The notes below the pieces were generated by a model that made no database searches, was not told where the DNA came from, and was given only the letters and a program-made list of their open reading frames with translations. A stretch of DNA of 64,000 nt from Octopus sinensis (taxonomy: Eukaryota), in the NCBI RefSeq assembly GCF_006345805.1, contig NC_043008.1:8308001-8372000 (forward strand), in the 5' to 3' direction. The translations under genes were made by a program, and so were the position numbers. Below, piece by piece: positions 15,149-27,984 of this stretch (position 1 is its first letter; each line of letters begins with the position of its first letter).

Positions 15149-15536
15149 GTGGAAGCACTCCGTCGGTTACGACGATGAGGGTTCCGGTTGATCCGAATCA
15201 ACGGAACAGCCTGCTCGTGAAATTAACGTGTAAGTGGCTGAGCACTCACATACACGTGGACCCTTAACGTAGTTCTCGGGGATATTCAGCGTGTCACAGA
15301 GAGTGACAAGGCCGGTCCCTTGAAATACAGGTACAACAGAAACAGGAAGTAAGAGTGAGAGAAAGTTGTGGTGAAAGAGTACAGCAGAGATCACCACCAG
15401 CCCTGTCGGAGCCTCGTGGAGCTTTTTAGGTGTTTTCGCTCAATAAACACTCACAAACGCCCGGTCTGGGAATCGAAACCGCGATCCTATGATCGCGAGT
15501 CCGCTGCCCTAACCACTGGGCCATTGCGCCTCCACT
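15149..15536 (-). mobile_element. Full-length tRNA-derived SINE family C with 12-bp TSD
   Basis: ATCATGAATAAC at 15137-15148 and 15537-15548. Head has A-box TGGCCCAGTGG and B-box GGTTTCGATTCCC. Closely similar to the copy at 27602-27984. Confidence 0.93.
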
Positions 15537-15579
15537 ATCATGAATAACAACAGAGATAGCAAACAAAACACTGAACTTC

Positions 15580-16010
15580 TTGATATCTATCTGTCCAACT
15601 CTCCGTCTTTCTATTCAACGTTCTATATCTATCTTCTGTTTATCTCTTTTTGTTACTGTCACTCGGTGTAACATATCTATCTCTGTGTCTGTCACTCTTT
15701 TATTTCTATTTACCTATCTATCTGTATTTCTATGTTTCTTTCTAACACAGAAGCTACCTGTGACATTGTTTATCAAGCTATTTGTCTGTTTAATTTTCTC
15801 TGCATCTGTCTATCCCCATCAGTCTATCTATTTATCTATCTGTCTATATACCTGTAAGTCTAGTTATGTGTCCGTCCATCGCTGTTCATCATTTTATTAT
15901 TGTTTGTCTATCTATGTATCTGTCTCTTTGTTTGTCTGTGTATGTATCTATATATTCACCTTTCTATTAATCTGTATATCTGTTTGTTTACCTATGTATC
16001 AATCTGCATA
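15580..16010. repeat. Aged (TCTA/TCTG)n-like low-complexity tract
   Basis: Repeated tatc/tgtc units; explains ORF 15580-16074. Confidence 0.75.
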
Positions 16011-17403
16011 TCTTTTAACCATCATAGCTTTTACCTTGATACATCTCACCCAGCCCACCAGCAACTTCGACTAACAGTTGCTGCCTGTCTACCTCAGTTT
16101 TATCAATTCCATTATTTCAAGGAGATACCTGAATGGTAGTTTAACACAACCGTTTATGATAAACACTTATATGGATTTAACAATTTATCATGCATAAAGG
16201 AATTGTAATTTCATTCACAGCAGCAATGCAGTGGCAGCTGGTGAGAGAAACTAAACTGCATCAAGAGACACTGTGAATGTTAGAGAGACTTTTAGAAGAA
16301 CAAAACAGAAACCCTATCACGATATGCACTTCGACACAGAAATACAAAGTAACTGTCATCTAAAATACAATGTCACCATGTTCTGATAGAAAATTATTAA
16401 TTGTTCTGGACAAAACAAACAATGAATCGTGCTTTAGGAAAAATCCATATAATAAAACCAATATAATGATAGATTGCTACTTATGAAGGTGTCAATTGTC
16501 AATACTGTTTTGTTGTTGAGGACTAAAATCTTTGGAATATACTCGAAACATGATAACCGTTTATTTCCTTGGCATCCTTTAATAAAACATAAAGTGACCA
16601 CGTTGTGATTTGAACGCAAAATATAAATACCTAACATGTATGGTACTTAAAATGACATTGGTAATCCACCCCATTTCACTCTACTATTATGACTTTTAGA
16701 AATAGTGACAGCTTATTTTCAGATATAAATAAGCTACGTACACTTGAACCTAATTGAATGTTTACATTTTGAATATTTTAATTGCTTTCCGGCAATCAAT
16801 TAACTTACACTAAAATTTTGTTAAGTACTCAAATCCCCATATTTTATTCACATTGATAATATCTAATTTCGGTCACACATAAATAATTGTATAGAAGACG
16901 TGTATTCTCGCGATTACAGTTCCGAACTCACACACGGACTCACACACGCGTGCGCGCACACACACACAACTGCATAACAACATTCTCCAATACATAGAGT
17001 AGGCATCTATTATTGAATAAAATAGAATTAATATATTCTTGTGTACTTTAAACGATTTAATATCTTGGCACTGTCAGCGTAATCAATCAATCATTCCCAA
17101 ATGTGATTCAATATATTATTTATACGTTTTTATTATACATGTGTATTAAATTAGATTTATCTACATATAAACTATTCTTGGTTCACAGTTAACATACTTT
17201 CTGGTAGATAATCATCAGTTTTTCTTTGTTTTCAGGCCGTAGAAAGTTAGTATGAAATATGGAATACATTCATAATTATTTATTTCAGTTATCATGCATA
17301 TTTGCACCGGAATATATTTATTTACACAAAAATATATGAATCCATACAAAGATTTATATAAGTAATGCGTGCATATGGATATATGTATTATGAATGTGTT
17401 CCC

Positions 17404-17477
17404 ATATATATATATATATATAATATATATATAATATATATATATATGCCTATATATATATATATGCCTATATATAT

Positions 17478-17534
<57 letters not shown>

Positions 17535-17554
17535 TATATACATATATATATATA

Positions 17555-17593
<39 letters not shown>

Positions 17594-17616
17594 TATATAC
17601 ATATATATATACATAC

Positions 17617-17651
<35 letters not shown>

Positions 17652-17845
17652 CTTATATATATGTATATATATGTATATATATATATATGTATTTATATAT
17701 ATATATGTATATGTATATATATGTTTGTTTGTACTCCACCTGCCTTCGTCTTTTCTTTATTTTCATAAAGCTTCCCGTTCTATATATATATATAAATTTA
17801 TATATATATACATATATACGTATATATATATATAATATATATATA

Positions 17846-17877
<32 letters not shown>

Positions 17878-17890
17878 GAGAGAGAGAGTG
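17404..17890. repeat. Compound (TA)n/(GA)n microsatellite
   Basis: Direct reading. Confidence 0.95.
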
Positions 17891-18398
17891 ATGCACATTT
17901 CTTGGTGACGATGGTTGGTTGAAGGTCAAGTAAAAACCCAAGGCTTGCCGCTGATTTATCGTATAAATTTTGAATTGACACAATAAAAACTATTCATCGA
18001 ATATGACAAATGATATTTAAGTTGAATCAAATTTACTGCCGATGGAGGCACATTTCCCTGTTTCTTCCTGTTCCCGTTTTGTTGTTGTCGTTATTTTTTC
18101 TGACAAAAATATATCAATACATTCTGCTGATGCGAAGCACAATATTTAAAATGCATCAATATTCACTCGACTGCCCGGTTTGTTATTTACTCGGTGATGA
18201 ATGTTGATTTTTTTTATTTAAATATTTTTCTTCGCGGCATATCCAAGCTTAATTCTGAAAAGACGCTATCCTTGAAAAATAAGAAATGCCATTATTAAGA
18301 TCTTGTTCTTTTGGTTGAGAATATACATACAGTTAAACAAATATATGTGAGAATAGATACATGCTTCCTGCGTACATGAGTATGTGTAAGTGTGTGCG

Positions 18399-18429
<31 letters not shown>

Positions 18430-19227
18430 ATGTGTATGTGTGTGCGTGTGAAGGGCTGCAGTCGACCAAATATTTTGGCAATGAAAATTACATTATTCAA
18501 CGACATGAACCACATTGAGATTCATAAAAAATATCGAAATATGAAGACTATATTAGATAATGAAAATTTTAAAAAAATAGTGAAATTCATCAAGAGCTAA
18601 AGAGGAACAGCAAATATTAAGAAACTTTTCTATGTGACCGCAGTTTTATCGGCCAAAAATAACAGCTAAATCCTCTTCAATACAAATCCATCATCCAGAA
18701 TGGACTATTATTTTACAGATGGCATTTAGAATATTGTTTCCTTCCCGAAGTTGTGATGTGTTTCAGGAACTAGATTTATGCTAACCAGTCATATAGATGC
18801 GAATACAGACACATATATAAATCATTAATTAGGATTCGATTAGCAGAACTGGGACCGTAATTAACATGCACAGTCTTTATTCAGTAATATTCCGAAGGGT
18901 TAACGAAAAGCGGACACTATATTTGATCATATGAAAATAGCCAATGAGCTAAGAGTCTTACGTTGGTCTGCTGTATAGGGTAATGCCGAAAAATTCGGCG
19001 ATATTTTCCACGTACCCTTCTACAGAAATATATCCCAACAAATCAAACTCTTGGGTTGGAATCTGAAAATCTCGGAATGATACAGAGAACAAGTAATTCG
19101 ACTGCTGAATATTTAGTACATTGTATCATAAAGGGTATAACAATTGTGATATGAAATATGTACCCGTATAAATTTGGACATGAAATGCGTGTGAGTATAT
19201 ATAATAGATCGGTAGCCACTACACACA

Positions 19228-19391
19228 TTTTTTCTCTCCTTGTTTCTCTACTTCTTTCTTTCTGTGTTCCTTTCTGTGGAAGAGCGTAGGCTCGAAACGT
19301 AAAATACTTTTTTCAGTTCCCGAGCGTTATACTAATACATCTGTTTGTTTTCTATACTATCTGTCTTCATCTCTTTTTTCGGGAATTCTCC

Positions 19392-19393
<2 letters not shown>
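19228..19393 (+). mobile_element. Short repeat resembling a PLE pseudo-LTR end, carrying a variant hammerhead-like motif (19270-19305)
   Basis: Related to 39541-39735 (shared GAAGAG..CTCGAAACGT and cc(c/t)gagc...taatac); runs directly into (TA)n. Confidence 0.5.
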
Positions 19394-19443
<50 letters not shown>

Positions 19444-21171
19444 CTAAGAAAATCAAAGCTACACAATGTTAGAGAATTTTGAGTGTATATTCGTATGAGA
19501 ATGCCCCTGTTCTGCAAAATACAGAAAGTGGTGTTTGAAAATGATTGTATGGATAGTATTAAACTTTGGCAGTTGCAGATATCGAACAATATGAAAAATT
19601 AGGTTACATGTTTCTATAGATATCGACTATTTCACAATTCAGTCAATGTTTAATCACAGACTATAATAGATTTTGATTGGGTCTATCTGCAACCATGCAT
19701 GTGGAATTTCTTTTGACCACTTCCCCACGTTGTAGATTGTTGAGCTGTATTGTTGTAGTGGATATTTTGCTGAATAACAAGGTTTTTGTTATCCTGTGGG
19801 GGTAAGTGGAGAACATCGATGTTAGTGTTCCGTTTCTGCATTCAATCTTGAAGTTGATGGAGATTAATTGCTTTCCAGACTGACATCCAATGAACTTTCG
19901 ATAGATTTTTATAATATTTTTTACAGTTTTATGACTTGCGGTTATATGTAGATGTCTCGCTTAAGTTTATATTATGTGCGGTTTCCTGGGCAGCGTTTTC
20001 ATCTTGAAAAATTTGGTGAGGTTTAAATTATGTTTTTAATTTTATGGTAAACATCCAAAATTGGTACGATACTTTTAAACTTTTCCTTTTCAATATAGAG
20101 TCTTCTGCATATTTCTGTTCTTCGTAACTTCCTTCTTGAGACAAAGTAGATATTTACACATATCCTTGAATAGTAGGACTATATATATCACAGTAATTTA
20201 ACTTGACTTTAATTAGATTTCTTCTTTGTTTCTATATTAGTACGTTACATATGGTTCATTCGAACAAATTCACACTAATCTATTATGTATACGTTGCAGA
20301 ACTTCAGTACTGTATATGTATGTAACACAGTAATGCGAAATACAGTACTATGAATGGAGGTTTTTTTTTTTTCATGGATCCATTTTTATTTAGTTTGGTT
20401 CCTCAATCAATGTGAAATTTTCTGCTTCAACTTGTATTTTTCATAGAATGCGTTTTCGCTATAAATTACAGAGGATAGTGTTTATAAAAGTTAACGTGTG
20501 TGATTTGCTGAATGTCTTGTTATATCAATAGGAGAGACGACAGACTATTGATACGAGGGAGATATTGCATGTAGATGTGTTGTTGCGAGTGAATGTGGGT
20601 ATGAGATATAGGGTGATGCATGTGCTTATATGATTTCGATAATTAAGAAATTTCTAAATTTTGTATGGTCGTCGATACAGGGTCACTAAATGCAAGGATT
20701 TTTTGGGGGTACTCTTTTCGATGTAAGAGTTCCAAATATATATTTAGCGTTTGGAGATAAATATGTAGATGATGAGTGGTGAACTATATACTTAATTGAG
20801 ATGGATATAGTATGCGGAGGATTCTAAGTTGAGGTGACCTAGTAAGACTCCAACAAATACACATGTTTTCTTTTGCTAATAAAGCCAGGCGTACACAATT
20901 ACATATACATGCATACAAAAATACAAACACACACAAACACACACACACAGATACAAGTCGAATAGTAAGATAAAAATAGTTATCACATCTTTAATGATTA
21001 GTTACAATTGCTTCTATATCAACTCTGCTTTCAAATCCATTTTACGGAAAATTTCGAAGTGAAAATCTTGGTAATATTTACAATTTTAGACGGATTTGTA
21101 TCAAGTGAGTATTCTTGCATTGGTCGTCTTCCACAAAATGCTTTTTGCTTATATCTAGGGGAAACAGGTAT

Positions 21172-21250
21172 GACGGCTTAACAACCATCTGTTTCCGGTT
21201 TCAGTCCCACTGCGTGGCACCTCGGGCAAGTGTCTTCTAATATAGCCTCG
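21172..21250 (+). mobile_element. SINE family B head fragment
   Basis: tcagtcccactgcgtggcacctcgggcaagtgtcttctaatatagcctcg matches the B consensus seen in this window. Confidence 0.85.
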
Positions 21251-24200
21251 TTTAGTTTAGGCGTTTGTTAATATTTACTCTAGATACTATCAAGAAACAT
21301 TTGTCCCTTTCACATGATAACTCTCGACATTCCTCAATGGATCTAATGTGCCACTTCTGCGACAATCAACTCTAAATGTGCCACTTTTGGTACCATCAGC
21401 TCTTAACTGTCCAACATACTGAAATCTCCTCCTCGATTATAAAAGTTGTAAGCAAACTCATCAACTCGAAACAAGTGTCCAGTCAGAAAGTACCACCGGT
21501 GCTACCCTAACATCCCAGCCAATAGCAATGACGTTATCTTTTCCCCTACATTCATATGATTATTTCCATAACCATATTGTATTCAAGCTCTCTCTGTATT
21601 TCCGTCTTTCTCACTATAGTATGACACATTTACAAGAGTGTAAATCTTTTTGAGGAGCATTCTCTAGCTCTTCCTCACAATATATCAGTGTCACTAACAT
21701 CTAGAAGTCTTTGCTAACCATCGATGTGAAGGTCGTAAACTCACATCTGCATCCCTCTCAATTTCAATACTTTCCCTATGTTCAATGGCGTTGCACTCAC
21801 GTGGGCGGGCGCCTAAACTCACGCTCACGACGCTTGTAAGTCAATTAGAAGAGTTAATAGGAGAGAACTATGTTCTCATCAGCAAGAAATCAATATTTAG
21901 CAAAGGAATTGTGGCTATTGAAAGAGAAAAATAATTTAATAACAATAAGAAAGAGTAGTTTTAAGAGGGGAAAGGAGAATGATAACGGATAAAACGCCAA
22001 TCATTCCGTCCTTTTGTATGCTTTTGACTCTACGATTTCCTGTTTGGGTAACGAAATGTACAAATATTAGTAAATTGAACGTTTTCAAACTGCGTCCATT
22101 TTTTTTTTTACTGAAGCAGAGACAATGTTGCAGGGTTTTCAGACGTCAAGTAATAACATTAAAACTTCATATACTCGTTTCGTATTTGATATCAACTGCT
22201 CTATGTTGATATCAATGTATGTTAATGTATGGCAGTGCGTTGTGTATGCGCGCGTTTAATATAGAAACATGGTGAGGGATTTCATTGGTTTAAAATAATA
22301 CGAAAAACAACTTTGTATATAAGTCGCTATATTTTATGCATAAATTTGTTGCGATCGTGTCTCTACATAAGGGAAGAAGTTTAGAATAAATATATGTTTC
22401 TAGTGTAAGTTGCCCACACATATACTAACACTCATTTAGATTTATGCAAATGCATATATGTAGCGCGAATTGTAGTTAAAGATATGGAAAGAATATATCC
22501 CAACATAGGTTTTTATACGGAAACCTGTGAGAGAACACAAGTGCAGTAAGAAAAACATCAACACCAAAAAGATATGTTGAAATCTCACAAATAATTTATC
22601 ACCCCACCCCCTCAGTTTGTATTTACGACATGTTGTACTATTTGTCTGTGATACGTCTACACCATTCGTATCTCCTTTACCACTAGGTGATCTGTCGCAC
22701 ATGATACGGTTTGACGTACCGATCCTCGATTCGAACCTCCGACGTTCCGATAATCATTTGGATTGTTCAATCAATAGACCTCATCCATTCACTGAAAACT
22801 GATTTTCAATCGGTTCACCGATTTCGGGTGTTATTTTAATAAATGATTGTTTCTTTGTATAACAATCTTATAGTTCCATGTCAGCTATCTGTGTGTTCAT
22901 ATACATATTGCATAGTTTTATTTGTTAACAATTTGGTAAATAATAAACAGGTTTTTATTTTCATTTCAGCGCATCTAGACATTTTTAAAGCACGGATCTA
23001 TATAATTACGAAGAAAATCCTTCGTAAATAATATCATAAACACTTAGAAATACTGTGATATATAAATGTAAAGCAACACAAGAAAATTCCAATCCTATTT
23101 GTTTCATGAACGTAGTAAGCTCCAAATGGCTTAACAAAAATTCGTTTGCTTTCGGTTACTTCACTTCCCAGAAAGTTCTATAAAATATATTCCTTAAGGT
23201 TAGAGTTGTTGGACACCTTATATGTTTTACTTATATTAATTTCAAATTGTTTACAATTACCCCCCACCACCATCAGCATATTCACACTAACATAACTGAA
23301 CTTTGTTATTTTAATCTTAAACTTGCTGGAGTAGGGAATATAATATGAAAAACATCGCATATTCTCTGACTGCAAAGTTTCTTTCAGCTAATATTACTGA
23401 AATCCCACATATGTATCTTATATACACAAAGTCATATAGAAAATAATTCAGCTGAATTGCAAAGATCATTGCAGAAAAATATTCTCATAGCGATCAGGAC
23501 AATTGATTGGAAAAAAATTGACGGTGAAATTTGAGCAGAGAAACTTTCTAGAAGAAATTGAATAAAATTATGTATTAACGTAACAATTTGCTGTCTTCAA
23601 TATCTTCTATACATTAATACTTGCAGTAACTGATTTTCCAGTCACTTATATAATGTTATATTATTCTTGAGAGAGAAACTAGATATCTAGGCAAACTAGT
23701 TCAGTGCAGAAAGATCGGGTCATTGTTTCACTGAAAGAAAGTCTGAATAGATTGTTTTGATTGAGTGGTTTACTTTGAAATCAAAGGCGTTCTTCGTTGT
23801 TTTGAGGACGGTCGAAAGTCTTTGTGCTGTTTAGTGAAAGGATTGACATAGTGTTGAACTTTTTCTGTATAATTCAATGAGATACTTGATAACGGATAGA
23901 AGGTCAATGGTGAATAACAATAAAGCATGAAGACTATTTGACTCTCCGTTGACTGAGCCCTGAATTAATCATATGATGTATGAATAGAAATTCGCAGATT
24001 ATAACTACAACTGAACTTGCTATATATACTGACAAAATTCTGGCTATTGTGAGAGAACGGTGCGTGCAATTCTAATCAGGCAAAAGCTGGTTTAAATAAT
24101 TTTAAACAATTGAATTTCAGATAACAGACAATACAATCAACAGCAGCTAACAGAGACAAACATGGGAGAAACTGAAACATGGAAAATAGATTCAACGATG

Positions 24201-24850
24201 AAGCGATTTTGACATGGACGTGAAGTAGGTTTGAATAGATTTAAGACAAGATCGATTAGGAAAAGCAGAAGTATTGTGTGAGTTATCCAATAATATCACT
24301 TGACAAGTTAAATCATTTTTGCTGTTAATAATCGATGTGGTAATGATCCATCGATGGTATTTCAAACCGTATTATGCAGTTGAGCAGGATATGTTCTACA
24401 ATGTTCTGGCAGAAATAGAATTCTATTTAAATACCATATTTAAGGATATTATGTAAATCTTCTCCTTGTATGATTAACGTTCACATTGCCATTTCTAAAC
24501 TAATGAGTTAATGAGGTGTTGATACTTTTATATAATATATATATATATATATATAACTAATGTTGGATAAAATTTATAAATTTAACCTTTAAATGTATTT
24601 TTTGATATGTTGGCCATTGATGAAGTTTTTTTCCCGAAAAAATTTTATCATACATTACTTATGAATTGAATAGTGTTCACTTCCGGATTCTCTCACTCTG
24701 TGAAAGTTTCTAGTTCGAATCACACGTGTCTCGAGATGTGCCGAAGATTTTCTCTATTTTGGATATATTTGGGGTACTTAGGTCCGCTCAGGACTCAGTG
24801 CTTGCTTTTTCCATGGGTATGAGTAAGTATTTCACTTATATCTCACGTAT

Positions 24851-24911
24851 TTGCCGCTGAAGAGGGGAAAATGTCTTACGAATTAACCCTGAAATTGGAC
24901 CAATACGGTAA
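24851..24911 (+). ncRNA. Type I hammerhead ribozyme fold within a PLE pseudo-LTR-like relic (about 24670-25041)
   Basis: Stem I TTGCCG/CGGTAA (6 bp); core CTGAAGA 24857-63; stem II GGGG/CCCT; GAAA 24891-94; stem III ATTGG-A-CCAAT; triplet AUA with predicted cut after 24905; AATAAA at 24910-15. Confidence 0.8.
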
Positions 24912-25037
24912 TAAAGAATTTTTTAGAAATTTCTATCGGTTTGTTTCGAGACGCATAAATTATAATGGTGATTGACAATATTTGTCTTTTTTTTCGGCAT
25001 ATTTGGCATTAGAATTTTTCTTTTGTCCTCATCTTGT

Positions 25038-25108
<71 letters not shown>

Positions 25109-25826
25109 TATATGATAGTAGGAGAAAACATATGGGTCGAAGTTAATGAACAAATCTATTACATTATTAAAAACAAAACGTATATTTCAACGTAATTTTA
25201 CATTTAAGATTCGGGGCAGAAAAGAATATATGTCGACTCCTTGATCTCGGTGACGATCCATCGAGTGAATACAGAAAGTGTAGCGATGGAAAAGTGCCAT
25301 AATCCTATAAACAAACGAAGCGATGCAAAGTCATTAATTGATGGTAAGAGGAATAGATAATGAAATGTAATGTCTCTGTCGCCATTTTTCCAGACAAATG
25401 GCGTCCAATCAGAGTCTTTTAGTGATAACATACACTTATATTTCTACATATACAATTCTAAAAGACATTCCATAAATTACAGACACAAGAAGGAAAACAA
25501 ATTAAAAATACATAAGTATTGTATACATACCCAAATAAATATATTTATATAACCCTGCAACGTATACACACACACGCACTCCTACATATATAAACCAGTT
25601 ATAACATTGACAATATAAACCCATATGTCCATAAGATTCACATACACAAATACATAGGACATTATAGCCACTTATACTCACGCTACGGACCTTATACAGA
25701 TACACACGTAGATACAGAAACTCAAATACACACACACACACACACACACACATACATATACACACGTACGCACACATACACATGTACATATACGACGATT
25801 CAATTGACTGCTGCAAGAAATTAATA

Positions 25827-26226
25827 CAGATGTGACTGTATGGTAAGTAGCTTGCTTCCCAACAACATGATTCCGGGTTCAGTTCCACTGCGTGGCACAT
25901 TGGGCAGACTTCTTTTTCTATAGCCTCTGGCCAAACAAAGTCTTGTGAGTGGATTTGGTAGACGAGAAACTGAATGAACTCGTGGTATATGTGTGTGCGT
26001 GTGTCTGTGTCTGTGTGTGTGATTTCCCCTCCCCCACATCATCGCTTGACAACCGATTTTGGTTTGCTTACTTGCTTACATCTTCGAAACTTAACGGTTC
26101 AGCAAAAGTAACCGATTGATTAAGTACTAGGCTTATAAGGAATGAGTCGTGCGGCCGATATCTTCATCTGAAGTCCATGGTCAGCATGGATGCAGTCAAA
26201 TGATTGAAAACAATAAAAGAATAAGA
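25827..26226 (+). mobile_element. Older full-length SINE family B copy
   Basis: Collinear with 35191-35604 but more diverged. Confidence 0.88.
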
Positions 26227-26236
26227 TATATACATA

Positions 26237-26288
<52 letters not shown>

Positions 26289-26384
26289 TATGCGTGTGTG
26301 TATATATGTATATGTATATATATAATAATAATAATAATGATTCTTCTTATTATTATTATTAATATTATCATACTGATAATATAT

Positions 26385-26944
26385 CAAATACCTCATGACA
26401 ATATAGTAAGGATTGTTCATTGGGCACTTTGCAACAAGTATAGACTTGACAGAGTATAAACGTGGTACGAACATAAGCTTGAAGACATCATCATAAATGA
26501 TAATGAAAAGATCCTATGGGATTTTATGATTCAGTGCGACCATGAGATAGAGAAACGGAAGTCAGATATAGTCTTAATTGAGAAAGAAAGCAAACGATGC
26601 TTCATCGTAGATATTGTATGCCCAGCTGACAAGTTACGCGATAAGGAAGAAAGAATAGTCGATAGATATGACTGGCTAGCTTGAGAAGTTAAGCAGTTGT
26701 GGTCGCTGAAAAAGATGGTAGTTGAACCAATAATTGTCGGAACCCTGGGAACAGTGAGTAAAAATCTTGAGAAGTACATGGAACAAATAAGGTCTGCAAT
26801 AAGGGTAAACACTTGCAGAAAGCAGCACTACTTGGAACCGCTGGAATACCTCCGATAGTGGTCGAAAAATAAAGTGTATTGTCTTAGTTTACTGGTGGTG
26901 AACAGCTGAACCCGTAGTACATCTCCAGCGTTAGAGGGTGTGCA
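26385..26944 (+). mobile_element. R4/Dong-clade LINE 3' end (REL endonuclease region plus 3' UTR), different family from 13141-14193
   Basis: Plus frames give HDNIVRIVHWALCNKY..., WYEHK, KILWDFMIQCDHEIEKRKSDIVLIEKESKRCFIVDIVCP, EVKQLWSLKKMVVEPIIVGTLGTVSKNLEKYMEQI, LQKAALLGTAGI. Confidence 0.88.
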
Positions 26945-27078
26945 AGGAGGAGGAAGAAGAAGAAGGAGGAGGAGGAGGAGACGAAGAAGAAGAAGAAGAA
27001 GAAGAAGAAGAAGAAAAAGAAGAAGAAGAAGAAGAAGAAGAAGAAGAAGAAGAAGAAGAAGAAGAAGAAGAAGAAGAG
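26945..27078. repeat. (GAA)n/(GGA)n tract
   Basis: Direct reading. Confidence 0.97.
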
Positions 27079-27084
27079 GCGAGT

Positions 27085-27345
27085 CAAGTCCAAGGGTCAT
27101 AATATGCATACAGACTGCTGATAGCACTGAAACAAATATGCTGCTCGAAGCATCTATATGTGTAACTGCTTAACATCTTGGAAGAAAAACAAACGACACG
27201 TGAGAATGGAACCATGGTGGAGAAAAATAGTTGAGCACGTTGCCTATTTACGAAAATATATGAACAGGTCACAAAGTGGAATAAACAATGAACTGCAGAA
27301 TGTTGAAATTAAACCTCAACTGAAAAGAGAATACAAAGAACGCAG
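27085..27345 (+). mobile_element. R4/Dong-clade N-terminal ORF fragment
   Basis: RVIICIQTADSTETNMLLEASICV and MEPWWRKIVEHVAYLRKY...QLKREY parallel the QTRHIIETDKIIWAAAII...KEP segment of the 9291-10560 element. Confidence 0.65.
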
Positions 27346-27601
27346 GATTGCAATTTACGATATTGAAGGGTTGCAATTTATGATATTGCAATTTACGATA
27401 TTCGAGCAGGCAAAGATTTACTGCGAAATCAGGAAAGCTTGCAAGGTATGAGGGACATACACAACAGTTTATGCAGAACAGGATGTTCCAGATAAATTAC
27501 AAATATTGTTCGGTAAGTTAGAGAAAAAAATTCAATTCAGTGGTATCATACCAGGGGGGAAAGAGTGTGTATGGCTTATGGGACGGTGTCTCAGATGGAG
27601 C

Positions 27602-27984
27602 TGGAGCCGCAATGGCCCAGTGGTTAGGGCAGCGGACTCGCGGTCGTAGGATCGCGGTTTCGATTCCCAGACCGGGTGTTGTGAGTGTTTATTGAGCGAA
27701 AACACCTAAAAGCTCCACGACGCTCCGGCAGGGGGTGGTGGTGATCCCTGCTGTACTCTTTCACCACAACTTTCTCTCACTCGTACTTCCTGTTTCTGTC
27801 GTACCTGTATTTCAAGGGACCGGCCTTGTCACTCTCTGTGTCACGCGGAATATCCCCGAGAACTACGTTAAGGGTACACGTGTCTGTGGAGTGCTCAGCC
27901 ACTTGCACGTTAATTTCACGAGCAGGGTGTTCCGTTGATCGGATCAACCGGAACCCTCGTCGTCGTAACCGACGGAGTGCTTCC
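27602..27984 (+). mobile_element. Full-length SINE family C copy
   Basis: A-box TGGCCCAGTGG, B-box GGTTTCGATTCCC; closely similar to 15149-15536. Confidence 0.92.

Noticed and set aside
27602-27680. tRNA gene
   Set aside because: A and B boxes are present but there is no complete cloverleaf or terminator, and the sequence continues into a SINE body seen twice in the window.
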